This document shows, in pieces, positions 1 to 9,327 of a stretch of 22,621 bases of DNA. Source of the DNA: Candidatus Hadarchaeota archaeon. Lineage in GTDB: Archaea; CAYQAE01; CAYVLA01. Within the stretch, counting starts at the first letter, position 1. Every line of letters starts with the position of its first letter. The translations under genes were made by a program, and so were the position numbers. The stretch covers positions 1 through 22,621 of the forward strand of contig CAYVLA010000047.1 in NCBI GenBank assembly GCA_964452145.1. The letters run 5' to 3'. The notes below the pieces were generated by a model. The model saw only the letters and a list, made by a program, of their open reading frames with translations. It was not told where the DNA came from and searched no databases.

Positions 1-1128
1 GGAGTGGACAGCTCGGGGTTGAGTTCCGGGGGTGATGACGACTTCCTCAAGGATGTGAGGTCCAAGGTCGACGGATTAAAGGATCCGACCGTCATAATCG
101 ATACTTGGGATGCGATCCATGCCTCTTTGGGGGACACGGCAGTTCGGGTTGAGAAGCAGATCACAGACTGGCCCAGGAAGAAGAACCTGACCCTGGTTCT
201 GGTGAGCGAGTTCATGGATACCAGGGTCCTCGAGTTCTTGGTGGACGGCGTGGTAACGCTCAGTGACAGCGAGATCGATGGCAGGAGGGTTAGGGAGGTA
301 CGGCTGGACAAGCTGAGGGAGTGCGAGATAAGGAACCTGAAGTACGTGTACACCCTGAAGAACGGCATCTTCAGGAGGTTCCCCCCTCTGCGGATCAAGT
401 ACCCCGCCGAGTCCAAGCCCTGGATGATCTTCTCGGACGAGAAGTGCCCCTTTTACAGCGGGTCACCCGAGCTTGACGAGGCTGTGGGAGGAAGCCTTTC
501 GGGGGGCTGCATTCTGATCGATATGTGCAACAACGTGCCGTTTGAGTGGGCAAACCTCCTTATCCGTCCCTTCATCTTGAATTTCGTGGCCAAGGATAGG
601 GGGGTGATCCTGGTGCCCCCGAGCGAGCTCTCGCCCGAGCAGGTCAAGCAGGACATCGTACGGTACGTGCCTGAGAAGAAGTTCGACACCTTCGTCACCG
701 TCTTCGCTGCCGGCATCACCAGGGATGTCCAGCCCTACGTCCTCAACAACTGGGGGAAGCCCGAGGAGGAGGATGAGAAGATCTGGCTGCAGGTTGAGGA
801 GGAGAAGAGGAGCGAGAGCTGGGGGCGCATGCTGAGGGTGATCTGCGTGGATCGTCTGGAGCACTCCATCGGGGAGGCCAGAACGCTACGGAAGTGCGCA
901 AGCGCTATCTCTAGGGGCAAGTTCGGAAAGGATCTCACCCTCATCGTGACCCGATCGGCTCTTGATTCTACACGGCAGCTCAGAGGCATGTGCGACGTCG
1001 ACTTGAAGATGATCGAGCGCTACGGCGCATGCTACATCTACGGCGAGATGCCTCGGACGGGGCTCTACAACGTCGCGGTCGACATCTCGCAGGGCTTCCC
1101 GGTCCCCGAGCTAACCCCGGTGGTGTAA
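1..1128 (+). CDS. GvpD/KaiC-like (RecA-superfamily) ATPase, 5'-truncated; two-domain, second domain degenerate
   Basis: Frame is open from base 1. Walker B-like VIIDTWDAI, then LVLVSE..LEFLVDGVVTL..EIDGRRVREVRLDKLR..YVYTLKNGIFRRF as in GvpD/RAD55-like P-loop proteins. The second domain begins SGSPELDEAVGG but has no GKT. Walker A lies outside the window. Confidence 0.75.
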   Translation, partial: GVDSSGLSSGGDDDFLKDVRSKVDGLKDPTVIIDTWDAIHASLGDTAVRVEKQITDWPRKKNLTLVLVSEFMDTRVLEFLVDGVVTLSDSEIDGRRVREVRLDKLRECEIRNLKYVYTLKNGIFRRFPPLRIKYPAESKPWMIFSDEKCPFYSGSPELDEAVGGSLSGGCILIDMCNNVPFEWANLLIRPFILNFVAKDRGVILVPPSELSPEQVKQDIVRYVPEKKFDTFVTVFAAGITRDVQPYVLNNWGKPEEEDEKIWLQVEEEKRSESWGRMLRVICVDRLEHSIGEARTLRKCASAISRGKFGKDLTLIVTRSALDSTRQLRGMCDVDLKMIERYGACYIYGEMPRTGLYNVAVDISQGFPVPELTPVV

Positions 1129-1175
1129 GAAAGTGGGTTTGCAGGATGAAATTCGCACATGTGATAGGCAGGAAG

Positions 1176-1191
1176 TGCAAAAATTTATCTA
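1176..1191 (+). promoter_or_regulatory. Putative BRE/TATA promoter for minD-methyltransferase
   Basis: TGCAAAAATTTATCTA in an AT-rich gap about 45 nt before the ATG. A second TTTATTAA lies at 1203. Confidence 0.6.
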
Positions 1192-1231
1192 TAGTTTGAA
1201 GATTTATTAAGAAACGAGGACAAGATGAACC

Positions 1232-2032
1232 ATGAGCGGTAGATCGGGGAGAATCATTGCAGTTGCGTCGGGCAAGGGAGGCACGGGAAAGACCATCCTC
1301 GCCGCGAACCTTGGGACCGCTTTGGCCCTGATGGGCAGGAAGGTCGTGGTCGTGGATGCGGACCTTGGGATGGCCGATCTTGGTCTCTACCTGGGGTTGG
1401 AGAAGAGCCCCATCACGTTGCACGAGGTACTGGCCGGCGAGGCCAGGGTGGAACAGGCCCTCTATGAGGGCCCTGCAGGATGCAGCATACTGCCCAGCGG
1501 GCTTTCCCTGAGCGGCTTCTCGCGGGCGAATCCCCAGAGGCTTCAGGATGTCGTTGAGGGTCTCTCGACCAAGTTCGAGTACATCATCCTCGATTGTGCC
1601 GCGGGTCTATCGAAGGAAAGCACGGTTCCTCTGACGGTGGCGGACGAGGTCATCATCGTCGTAAACCCGGATCTGGCATCCCTTGCCGATGCCCTGAGAG
1701 TCAAGATGATGTGTGATGCGCTTGAGACCCGCATCGGTGGGGTCGTTATCAACCGATCCGGGGTGAGCAAGGCTGAGCTCGCACCGAGGGAGGTTGGGGC
1801 CATGCTGGGTCTGGAGATCATGTCGGTGATCCCGGAAGATGAAGAGGTGAGGAAATCCTCAAACCTCAAGGTCCCAGTGGTCCTGAAGAAGAAGGACAGC
1901 CCCGCGGCCGCGGCCCAGCTGGCTTTGGCACGGAAGATCTCAAGGCTGTTGCCGGAGGAGCCCAAGACGGAACCCATAGCCACCGAGGCTGCCAAGAAGC
2001 CTGGTAGGTTTGGCTCCATTTTCAGCCGATGA
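1232..2032 (+). CDS. minD: MinD-family ATPase (archaeal MinD)
   Basis: Deviant Walker A SGKGGTGKT, VDADLGMADL, TLHEVLAGEA, IILDCAAGL, IPEDEEVR. Amphipathic C-terminal GRFGSIFSR. Confidence 0.92.
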   Translation: MSGRSGRIIAVASGKGGTGKTILAANLGTALALMGRKVVVVDADLGMADLGLYLGLEKSPITLHEVLAGEARVEQALYEGPAGCSILPSGLSLSGFSRANPQRLQDVVEGLSTKFEYIILDCAAGLSKESTVPLTVADEVIIVVNPDLASLADALRVKMMCDALETRIGGVVINRSGVSKAELAPREVGAMLGLEIMSVIPEDEEVRKSSNLKVPVVLKKKDSPAAAAQLALARKISRLLPEEPKTEPIATEAAKKPGRFGSIFSR

Positions 2033-2690
2033 GGCGAGCAGAACGTCGGACCAGATCTCGACCCGAGAGATAGCGAGGCGTTACGATAGGTGGTCTCCGT
2101 TCTACGACCTTGCGGATGCGCTCGGCCCTCTCGTCGGAAAGGAGAGAAAGTGGAGGAGACTTGCCGCATCCAAGGTCATGGATGTTCAGGGCTGGGTTCT
2201 CGATGCGGCCTGCGGCACGGGACCGATCCTAGGAGAGCTCCGCTGGGCCGGGTTCAAGGGAAAGGTCCTCGGCATCGATGCCTCAACAAAGATGGTCAGG
2301 AAGGCCAGGGTCAGGGCCGGAGCCATGGGGGGGCCATGCTGGGTGATCGCGGGCGACGTGTGCAGACTCCCTCTGAAGCCCGGGTCCTTGGGTGGTGTTA
2401 TATGCGCTTTCTCTATCACCACGATTGCCGACCCAGAGGCAGCGTCTAGGGAATTCGTGGCGGCGATGGGGCCCGGGTCGAGGCTGGTCGTGCTCGACAG
2501 CGAGAGGCCTGGAGGCAGGATCGCCAGACTCTTCTACCCGGCTCTGGTTCCGATATCGAAGATCTTCTGCCATACGCACATCGACCGGGACATCGAAGCC
2601 CTTCTGGACCATACTCAGGGTCTGTCTCGGGTTGCGAAGACCCGGTTCGCCGGAGGTCTGGTTGCCTTGTACGAGCATGTGAAGGCGTGA
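2010..2690 (+). CDS. Class I SAM-dependent methyltransferase (UbiE/PmtA-like)
   Basis: RYDRWSPFYD, motif I VLDAACGTG, GIDAS..M, GDVCRLPL, PGSRLVVLD. The TTG start overlaps the minD end and is uncertain. Confidence 0.8.
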   Translation: MAPFSADEASRTSDQISTREIARRYDRWSPFYDLADALGPLVGKERKWRRLAASKVMDVQGWVLDAACGTGPILGELRWAGFKGKVLGIDASTKMVRKARVRAGAMGGPCWVIAGDVCRLPLKPGSLGGVICAFSITTIADPEAASREFVAAMGPGSRLVVLDSERPGGRIARLFYPALVPISKIFCHTHIDRDIEALLDHTQGLSRVAKTRFAGGLVALYEHVKA

Positions 2691-2759
2691 TGGATGGCCG
2701 CAGAGCAGCGAGAGACGTTACCGCGCAGGAAAAAAACTCAAACATGGGCTTGATGGTGG

Positions 2760-2777
2760 GAAATATATTTATAATAA
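2760..2777 (+). promoter_or_regulatory. Putative BRE/TATA promoter for the giant surface protein / pilus operon
   Basis: GAAATATATTTATAATAA, an AT island about 60 nt before ATG 2830. Confidence 0.65.
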
Positions 2778-2829
2778 TTGCATTTTACGCAACTGAGCAT
2801 CAGATCTCCGGCACCATAGGGTGTAAAGG

Positions 2830-5800
2830 ATGAGGATCTTGGTTAGAACTGTGGCATTCGTCCCAATAATCGTTGCAGTCTTCATAGTCCTCTGCGCATT
2901 TGCCCAGGACACCGATCCTCCAAACATTCAGATGGTCTCCCACTTCCCCATCACCACCTTCGAGGGCGTCGAAGTCTTGGTGGAGGCCGACATCATTGAT
3001 GCCAGCGGGGTCCAGCTGGTGAGGATCGCCTATGAGGAGGATGGGGTGAGGCGTGTGCAGGAGATGTCAAGGGAGACCGGTTACAGGTACCAATGGACCT
3101 ATCTCAACTCGGACATCGGCCAGAGGAATCAGCTGGTGGTCACGGTGTTGAACATCACAGCCGTGGACATACACTCCAACTGGGCGACCCAGGTCTATGT
3201 CAACACAACGATCACCGTGATGAAGGAGGATATCGAGGGGCCAATCATCGAGCCAGAGGCCATACACCTCTACACCGAGAGCGAGGATCACGTCATCATC
3301 AGGGCATTGGTTGACGACCCAAGCGGCGTCGCATCGGTCAAACTCTACTACGAGAAGGAGGGCGTCTGGACCGAGCGGAGCATGGTCTACAACGCGGCGA
3401 ACGAGCTGTACGAGGCCATCATAGGTCCTTTCGACACAGACATCGCGGTGCGGTACTACCTGAACGCAACCGATTCGTCCAAGAACAACAACCGGGCCTC
3501 AACGCTGGAAACGGAAGGCGGTGATATGTACTCCTTTGTGGCATGCCACAGAATGAGGTACGAGGGCAGCGTCGACGATTCAAACTACCTGCAGGTCCCA
3601 GAGCTGCACCGATACAAGATGACCAAGTCCAAGGAAACGATAGTCTACCAGGGATACCGGTTTGACCTAGAGCTGAGCGATTCTGGCCTTCTCACCGGCG
3701 CGGTGTCGCGGAACGTGAGTGGGACTCTGGTTCGTTTGCAGGAGATCTCCCTAAACGAGAAGAGCAACGCCATAGTGAACGACAAGCAGACAAGGGACGG
3801 AATGGCCTACGACTTCAACCTCAAGTACCTCTCCTTCAGCGCCTCCGAACACTCTGCCGAGATCGAGATCAACCCGAGCCAGCGCCTGGTTTTCGAGGGC
3901 TACACTCTCCACACATACATCACCAAGGTGTCGAGCGGGGAGTACACCTTCAGGGGAAAGGACGGCGGGACCTGGAAGGTCAGCATGACGGCCACCATGG
4001 GATATGACAGCGTGACCAAGACCTTCACGGCCCGGAACCAGTTCCTCCAGCTCTACCCCGGCGGAAGGAGGGACATCCAGGTCATGTACCTTGGCGAAGA
4101 GATTGTGCCGGGGGAGCTGGTGAGATATCGGGCCCGACTGAGGATCTACAAATTCCAGGAACCGATCTTCGACGTGCAGAGCGACATACCCACGGGCAGC
4201 CCCCCCGGGCTGCTTCCCGGCCAGATGATCTACAACGTCTATGCGGGCGACGCACTGACGCAGAAGGTGATAGCCAAGAACCTCGCTGGGTCGAGGGCAT
4301 ATGACATCAGCATCACGGTGACGAACCTGACCGGGCACGGTCTGGTCGTCGAGCAGGGCGAACTGACATCATCCCTGGGTCCGGTCTATAGGGAGAAGCA
4401 GGTGGGCAACAAGACGGTGAGATACTACCTTACCTACGGCACCCTCACGCGATCATTCAACCTGACCTTCCCGACGAAAGTCGATGTCCGCGAATCGGCG
4501 AGCTTCGATGTTATGCTTACCTACAAGGATGCCCATGGCGATTTCCACCAAGTCAGGATCCCGGTCCAATTCTTCGTGTACCAGGGCAACTCCAATCTCG
4601 TCGTGACGAAGACGCTTTCCAGGGATCCCCTGTTCATCGGATACCCGGCGACGGCATACATCGAGATCCAGAACACCGGCGGATCCCCCGCGCTGAACGT
4701 CACCGTCATGGACAATGCCCCGCCGAACCTCATAACGGACTTCGACACTTGGCGGGGACAGGAGATCAAGCCAGGGGCCTCCAACAAGGTCCGCCTGAGC
4801 TACGGGTTGAAGGCAACAACCATAACCAAGCCAGGTAAGACCTCCTACGGCTTCGTAACGGTGGATTGGAAGGGGGTCTGCTACAAGGAGGGCGTCCGGA
4901 ACGATGCCTACACGATCTCGACCGACAACTTCTACTTCACAGCGTTGGGCCCCCACCTGACCTACACCCAGTTCTCGGCCGACAGGCCCATCGTCGACCA
5001 GGGAGGCCAGCAGACGATCTACATCAACGTCGGTGAGCGCGTCGCCATCACAGCCACCGTCAAGAACGATGGCAACAAGATCGGCAGGAACATGTCACTG
5101 AGCTTCCCGGGGTTCGCGGTGGAAAGCACGACCTTCCCGACCGGGACCGATGTGGATGTGAACGAGTATGTCACCTTCAGCACAACGGTGAGGGCGATCA
5201 AGGAGGGCACCTACCCCTTCCAGGCATTGATAACCCACTACGACGAGCTTCCATCCCTGGGCAACGTCTACAAGGCTTATTCGAACTACGTACTCGCCGA
5301 GGCGTACCGCTCACCGGTAATGGTCCAGTTCATAGATCCGCCCAAGCAGATCGCAGCCGGCGAGGTCGAAACGCTGAGCCTGGTGATAAGGAACATCGGG
5401 AACAGCCCTGTGGAGAACGCCAGGGTCCTGCTGTCGCTGACCCCCGGTCTGGAAATGGTCTCCGGCACGTACCTGATCTGGGAGGGCCGGCTTGCGGCGA
5501 ACGAGAACATTCCCAAGTTCATACAGCTGAAGGGTGTCGGGTTCGGACCGAACAAGATCAAGGCGACTGCGTCGGGACGTGACATACCCGACGTTGACTA
5601 TGAGGTCCCCATACTCGTACTCTCCCCCAACGTGGTCATGGAGCGGACGATAAGCTGCGAGTACCTTCTCTCAAGACCGGATTACTGGCCCAGGAGCTCC
5701 GAAATCGTGAGCTGGGTGACTCTGACCCTGCGGAATGCCGGCAACGACAGGGCGGTATCCGTGGTTGTGTTCGAAACCCTGCCCAATGGCCTGCTGAGCT

Positions 5801-8800
5801 TCGATAACCTCACGTTCGGCTCCAATCTCATAATCTGGGGCGAGGCCGGAGAGATATCTCTTGATCCCAATCAGACCATCACATTGACTTACCCGGTCTG
5901 GAGCCGCACCCCGGGCCACTACGTCTACGGACAGGCCAGAGCCACCTACACCAATCCGAGGTACAACTCGTACGAATCAAAGTCGAGCACCCTGGACGTC
6001 TGGGTTCTCTCAAACAGGCCATTCCTCGTGGAGGAAGGTCCCGTGGACGTCTTTGACAAGGCAGGCCAGCCCCTCTCCGGATCGGTTGCATACAACGATA
6101 CGGTCAAGCTGAAGATCAAGATCCGCAACCTCGGCAACGGGAAGGCCACGGAGCTCAACCTGGGCGAGTGGCAGGAGGGCCGCGTGTCCCAGATCGACTG
6201 CATCGTGACCAACGTCGACCAGATCGCACAAACGCTGGCTACGGGGCTGGACCCGGACGCACTGCTGGAGGTCCCCGTGGAACTCCTTCTGCTGGAAGAC
6301 GTCCCCACGACGATGCTCTTCGGTCTGGTCTTCCCCCTGACCTACAGGGATCTGGAGGGCCGCACATTCGTTCAGGCCTTCAGCACCAAGATCCCCGTGA
6401 GGCCCACCAAACCCGGCCTTTCCTTCTCCAAGTACTTCGTCCGCAAGCGTGTAGCACCCGGAGAGGAACCCGAGCTGATGATCAGGGTGACGAACACGGG
6501 CGACACCGATCTTGCAAACCTCCGTCTCCTGGTGGATGTCCCCGGCGGACTGTTCCTGAGGCAGGTGCCCGTTCTGGGCGTCCTCCGGGAGTCGGAGACC
6601 TCCACGATCACCGTCAAGTTCGATCCGGTCAGCCTCGCCGAAGGCCAGGTCTACAAGTCGTTCGTCGGCTTCTCGGCGGCGATCGAGTACCGGACCTTCC
6701 GGGGCACGACCCAGACCCCCGAGGACGGACAGCATCTGGAGCTGTCGGTGGCGAAGCCCTACGTTGAAGTGAGAAGGTCGATAACATCCCAGACGCTGTT
6801 GGCTAGAAGCGATGAGTGGCCGTTTTCGTCAATGATACTCGAGAACGTCACCATTACCCTGACAAACACGGCGGAGGTCCCGGCGAACAAGCTCCTCGTG
6901 AAGGAGACGATTCCGGACGGCCTCCATACCCTCGTCTCACTCGGCACAAGCCAGATCATCTGGGGAGCGGATGGCAAGTTGAGCCTCAAGAAGGGCGAGT
7001 CCATCAGCTTCACATACCCTGTCTGGTCCTTCAAGGAGGGTCCGTCCGTATTCGAAGCAACCGTGGTTTCGTACACGGATGCTGAGGGGCACAGTTTCGA
7101 GTCCTACTCCCAGGGAGTGGATGGGGTCTCCACCGTCGCTGCCAGGCCCTACGTCATATGGGAGGGCGGGCTTGTACAGGAGCCCGCAGGATCCCGAACG
7201 TACAATGATACGGTCAGCCTCCTCATGTCGGTGAGGAACATAGGGAACGGCAGGTGCACGGGTTTCTCCCTCCCCGGATGGTTCTCCCGCAATGGGCCAA
7301 CGGATTGGGTTCTCCTCAACGAGGAGGAGCTGAACCGGACACTGGCAACCAGCCTGCATACAGGATCAACGGTGACGTTCGTGGCCAGGCTGGGAATCCT
7401 CAAGGACGTCAGCAAGCCCGAAACGATGGGTCTGGTGATCGACCTGATCTACCACGATGATGCCGGCCGTTCCTACTCGATTGGGAGAGAGGCGAACGTT
7501 CTCCTGAGGCCGGCCAAGATCTCGGTTTCCCTCGACATCTACAATGAGCACTACCGGCTGATGCCCGGCGAGATGGGCTTCTGGAATGTGACGATCACGA
7601 ACACCGGGGACACGGATCTGGCGAATGTGACCCTGCAAGCGCAGTGTCCGGCCTCGGTCTCGGTCGCTGCAGCGGGCCGGTTGCCCGTGCTCAGGGAGGG
7701 ATCCTCAGAGGACCTGTCGATATCGTTCAACGGAATCGTCCTTGGTGATAGCATCGGCAGGGTCATCGATCGAATCAATCTCAGCATCGTCTACACCGAT
7801 TTCAGGGGGCAAGTTCACACCAAATCCCTCGGGGGGGTGAACCTCACCGTGGTCCGTCCCAAGCTCACCGCCAGGGAGATCATCGCCAAGTCCAACACTC
7901 GGCTGGGGAAGAAGTACCAGATCCAGATCCTGCTTGCCAACGAAGGCACGTCCGCCGCCCGGAACGTCAGGATCCTGTTGCCCGATCTCGATCAATGGAT
8001 CAACGACCTGAAGGTCGAGGGCGGGGCGTTTGAGGGAAATGAGATCATACTCGCGCAGGACATCGGCCCTCTGGAGGAGTACCGCATCCTGATCAGCGGC
8101 AGGGTCGGTGTCAAGGGAAGGGCAACCCTCGCGCCGACGGGGGCGTATGCTGACGGGCTGGGGAGCGGTTACGAGTTGATCTGCGACACGATCCAGGTGA
8201 GGTCGGGCGGGAAGATAGCTACGATGATCTTGCCATTCCTCCTCTGGGGCGGGGTTGCGGCCGCAATAGCGGGGGTCTACTACTACGAGACGCGCATAGC
8301 CGAGAAGGTCAAGGGCCATCAGCTCGGATCCCTGGCGAACTCGGTGATCACCCATGTCGACGCGACCCAGACCGTGCCACCGCTGATACCCTATAGGAAG
8401 AAGAAGCTGAGCCTGGCCGAGTTCTCCTACCTGTTATCCCTCTACCTTTCCAGGGCCAAGGCAACCAGCGTGGCCAAGGCGGACAGAACCACGTTCATCA
8501 TCGCCCATCCGCAGTCGCGTCTGGTTCCTGGCCAGGACTTCAGGAATCTCTCCGTTGTGAAGGACGCCTACATGCTCCTGGCGGAGATGATCCAGAACCG
8601 GGTCAAGACCTCGCAGGTGGTCCCGCCGACCTTCCTGGTCCAGGGCTTCAAGTTCGGAATCTCGGACGTCGTCTACCTGTTCGCCCTAGCTGTGTCAAAG
8701 ACGCGCACGGAAGGAGATCTGCCCAGAAGCATCAGGATGCCGTGTTCAACGAGGATCTCGGCCATCGAGACCGAAAAGAAGGAGGAGGGCGCGGGCGGGC

Positions 8801-8898
8801 AGGCCGAGGGGGGTAAGGAGAAAGCTGTAGATGGGACCAGAGGGGAGGCCAAGGCACCCCCTCCCAGCAACAAGCCGATTCAGAATGAGGGATCGTGA
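2830..8898 (+). CDS. 2022-aa membrane-anchored surface glycoprotein: signal peptide, many Ig-like (CARDB/DUF11/COG1361-type) domains, C-terminal TM, pseudomurein-binding-repeat-like tail
   Basis: Hydrophobic N-terminus ending AFA|Q. Repeated (I/V)xNxG...AxNVxV motifs and many N-x-S/T sequons. TM IATMILPFLLWGGVAAAIAGVYYY at about 8215-8286, followed by a helical tail. Confidence 0.85.
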   Translation: MRILVRTVAFVPIIVAVFIVLCAFAQDTDPPNIQMVSHFPITTFEGVEVLVEADIIDASGVQLVRIAYEEDGVRRVQEMSRETGYRYQWTYLNSDIGQRNQLVVTVLNITAVDIHSNWATQVYVNTTITVMKEDIEGPIIEPEAIHLYTESEDHVIIRALVDDPSGVASVKLYYEKEGVWTERSMVYNAANELYEAIIGPFDTDIAVRYYLNATDSSKNNNRASTLETEGGDMYSFVACHRMRYEGSVDDSNYLQVPELHRYKMTKSKETIVYQGYRFDLELSDSGLLTGAVSRNVSGTLVRLQEISLNEKSNAIVNDKQTRDGMAYDFNLKYLSFSASEHSAEIEINPSQRLVFEGYTLHTYITKVSSGEYTFRGKDGGTWKVSMTATMGYDSVTKTFTARNQFLQLYPGGRRDIQVMYLGEEIVPGELVRYRARLRIYKFQEPIFDVQSDIPTGSPPGLLPGQMIYNVYAGDALTQKVIAKNLAGSRAYDISITVTNLTGHGLVVEQGELTSSLGPVYREKQVGNKTVRYYLTYGTLTRSFNLTFPTKVDVRESASFDVMLTYKDAHGDFHQVRIPVQFFVYQGNSNLVVTKTLSRDPLFIGYPATAYIEIQNTGGSPALNVTVMDNAPPNLITDFDTWRGQEIKPGASNKVRLSYGLKATTITKPGKTSYGFVTVDWKGVCYKEGVRNDAYTISTDNFYFTALGPHLTYTQFSADRPIVDQGGQQTIYINVGERVAITATVKNDGNKIGRNMSLSFPGFAVESTTFPTGTDVDVNEYVTFSTTVRAIKEGTYPFQALITHYDELPSLGNVYKAYSNYVLAEAYRSPVMVQFIDPPKQIAAGEVETLSLVIRNIGNSPVENARVLLSLTPGLEMVSGTYLIWEGRLAANENIPKFIQLKGVGFGPNKIKATASGRDIPDVDYEVPILVLSPNVVMERTISCEYLLSRPDYWPRSSEIVSWVTLTLRNAGNDRAVSVVVFETLPNGLLSFDNLTFGSNLIIWGEAGEISLDPNQTITLTYPVWSRTPGHYVYGQARATYTNPRYNSYESKSSTLDVWVLSNRPFLVEEGPVDVFDKAGQPLSGSVAYNDTVKLKIKIRNLGNGKATELNLGEWQEGRVSQIDCIVTNVDQIAQTLATGLDPDALLEVPVELLLLEDVPTTMLFGLVFPLTYRDLEGRTFVQAFSTKIPVRPTKPGLSFSKYFVRKRVAPGEEPELMIRVTNTGDTDLANLRLLVDVPGGLFLRQVPVLGVLRESETSTITVKFDPVSLAEGQVYKSFVGFSAAIEYRTFRGTTQTPEDGQHLELSVAKPYVEVRRSITSQTLLARSDEWPFSSMILENVTITLTNTAEVPANKLLVKETIPDGLHTLVSLGTSQIIWGADGKLSLKKGESISFTYPVWSFKEGPSVFEATVVSYTDAEGHSFESYSQGVDGVSTVAARPYVIWEGGLVQEPAGSRTYNDTVSLLMSVRNIGNGRCTGFSLPGWFSRNGPTDWVLLNEEELNRTLATSLHTGSTVTFVARLGILKDVSKPETMGLVIDLIYHDDAGRSYSIGREANVLLRPAKISVSLDIYNEHYRLMPGEMGFWNVTITNTGDTDLANVTLQAQCPASVSVAAAGRLPVLREGSSEDLSISFNGIVLGDSIGRVIDRINLSIVYTDFRGQVHTKSLGGVNLTVVRPKLTAREIIAKSNTRLGKKYQIQILLANEGTSAARNVRILLPDLDQWINDLKVEGGAFEGNEIILAQDIGPLEEYRILISGRVGVKGRATLAPTGAYADGLGSGYELICDTIQVRSGGKIATMILPFLLWGGVAAAIAGVYYYETRIAEKVKGHQLGSLANSVITHVDATQTVPPLIPYRKKKLSLAEFSYLLSLYLSRAKATSVAKADRTTFIIAHPQSRLVPGQDFRNLSVVKDAYMLLAEMIQNRVKTSQVVPPTFLVQGFKFGISDVVYLFALAVSKTRTEGDLPRSIRMPCSTRISAIETEKKEEGAGGQAEGGKEKAVDGTRGEAKAPPPSNKPIQNEGS
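5626..7860 (+). repeat. Intragenic tandem duplication of a ~370-aa three-domain block
   Basis: Copy 1 is aa 933-1309 and copy 2 is aa 1310-1677. Collinear shared motifs: LLxRxDxWPxSSxI, IIWG, TYPVWS, YNDTVxL..RNxGNG, TLAT, TNTGDTDLAN, VLRE, YxxFRG. Confidence 0.85.
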
Positions 8899-8943
8899 GA
8901 TCGAGGAAACCGTTGGAGAAGGATCTGAAGGAGGAGAGAGAAA

Positions 8944-9267
8944 ATGGAGGAACCTGTCAGCCGCGAACTTCAGCTGCTGATCTCGAAGATAGACAGCCTC
9001 ATAGCGGTCTTCGAACAGGTGTCTACCGTCGAGGAGGAAGAGCAGGCGACGGAGGAGAACTCCGTCAAGGAGCTCCTCGAGGTGACCAAGCACCTGACCG
9101 AAGAGGTCAGCAAGGGTCTGCAGCAGCTGAGCGCCAAGGTCGACGAGATGGTGTCCCTCCTGGACAGCCTTCCCTCCAGGATGCCCAAGTTCGGTGCAGC
9201 CCTGGCAGAGGAGGGACCGGAGGACATACTCGGCCGAGCGGACGTCGTGGCAGAAGAGGAAGGATGA
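8944..9267 (+). CDS. Small acidic coiled-coil hypothetical protein
   Basis: RBS GGAGGAG upstream, codon usage typical of the locus, heptad pattern (ELQLLISKIDSL; LQQLSAKVDEMVSLL). Confidence 0.75.
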   Translation: MEEPVSRELQLLISKIDSLIAVFEQVSTVEEEEQATEENSVKELLEVTKHLTEEVSKGLQQLSAKVDEMVSLLDSLPSRMPKFGAALAEEGPEDILGRADVVAEEEG

Positions 9268-9327
9268 AGGTCGGACGGAAGTCTGTGCACCGAGCAGGTC
9301 ATGTGACGGGACACAAGGTGAGTTGAC

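Noticed and set aside
1..1128. Gas vesicle or circadian clock cluster
   Set aside because: Only a family-level resemblance; no gvpA or kaiB in the window.
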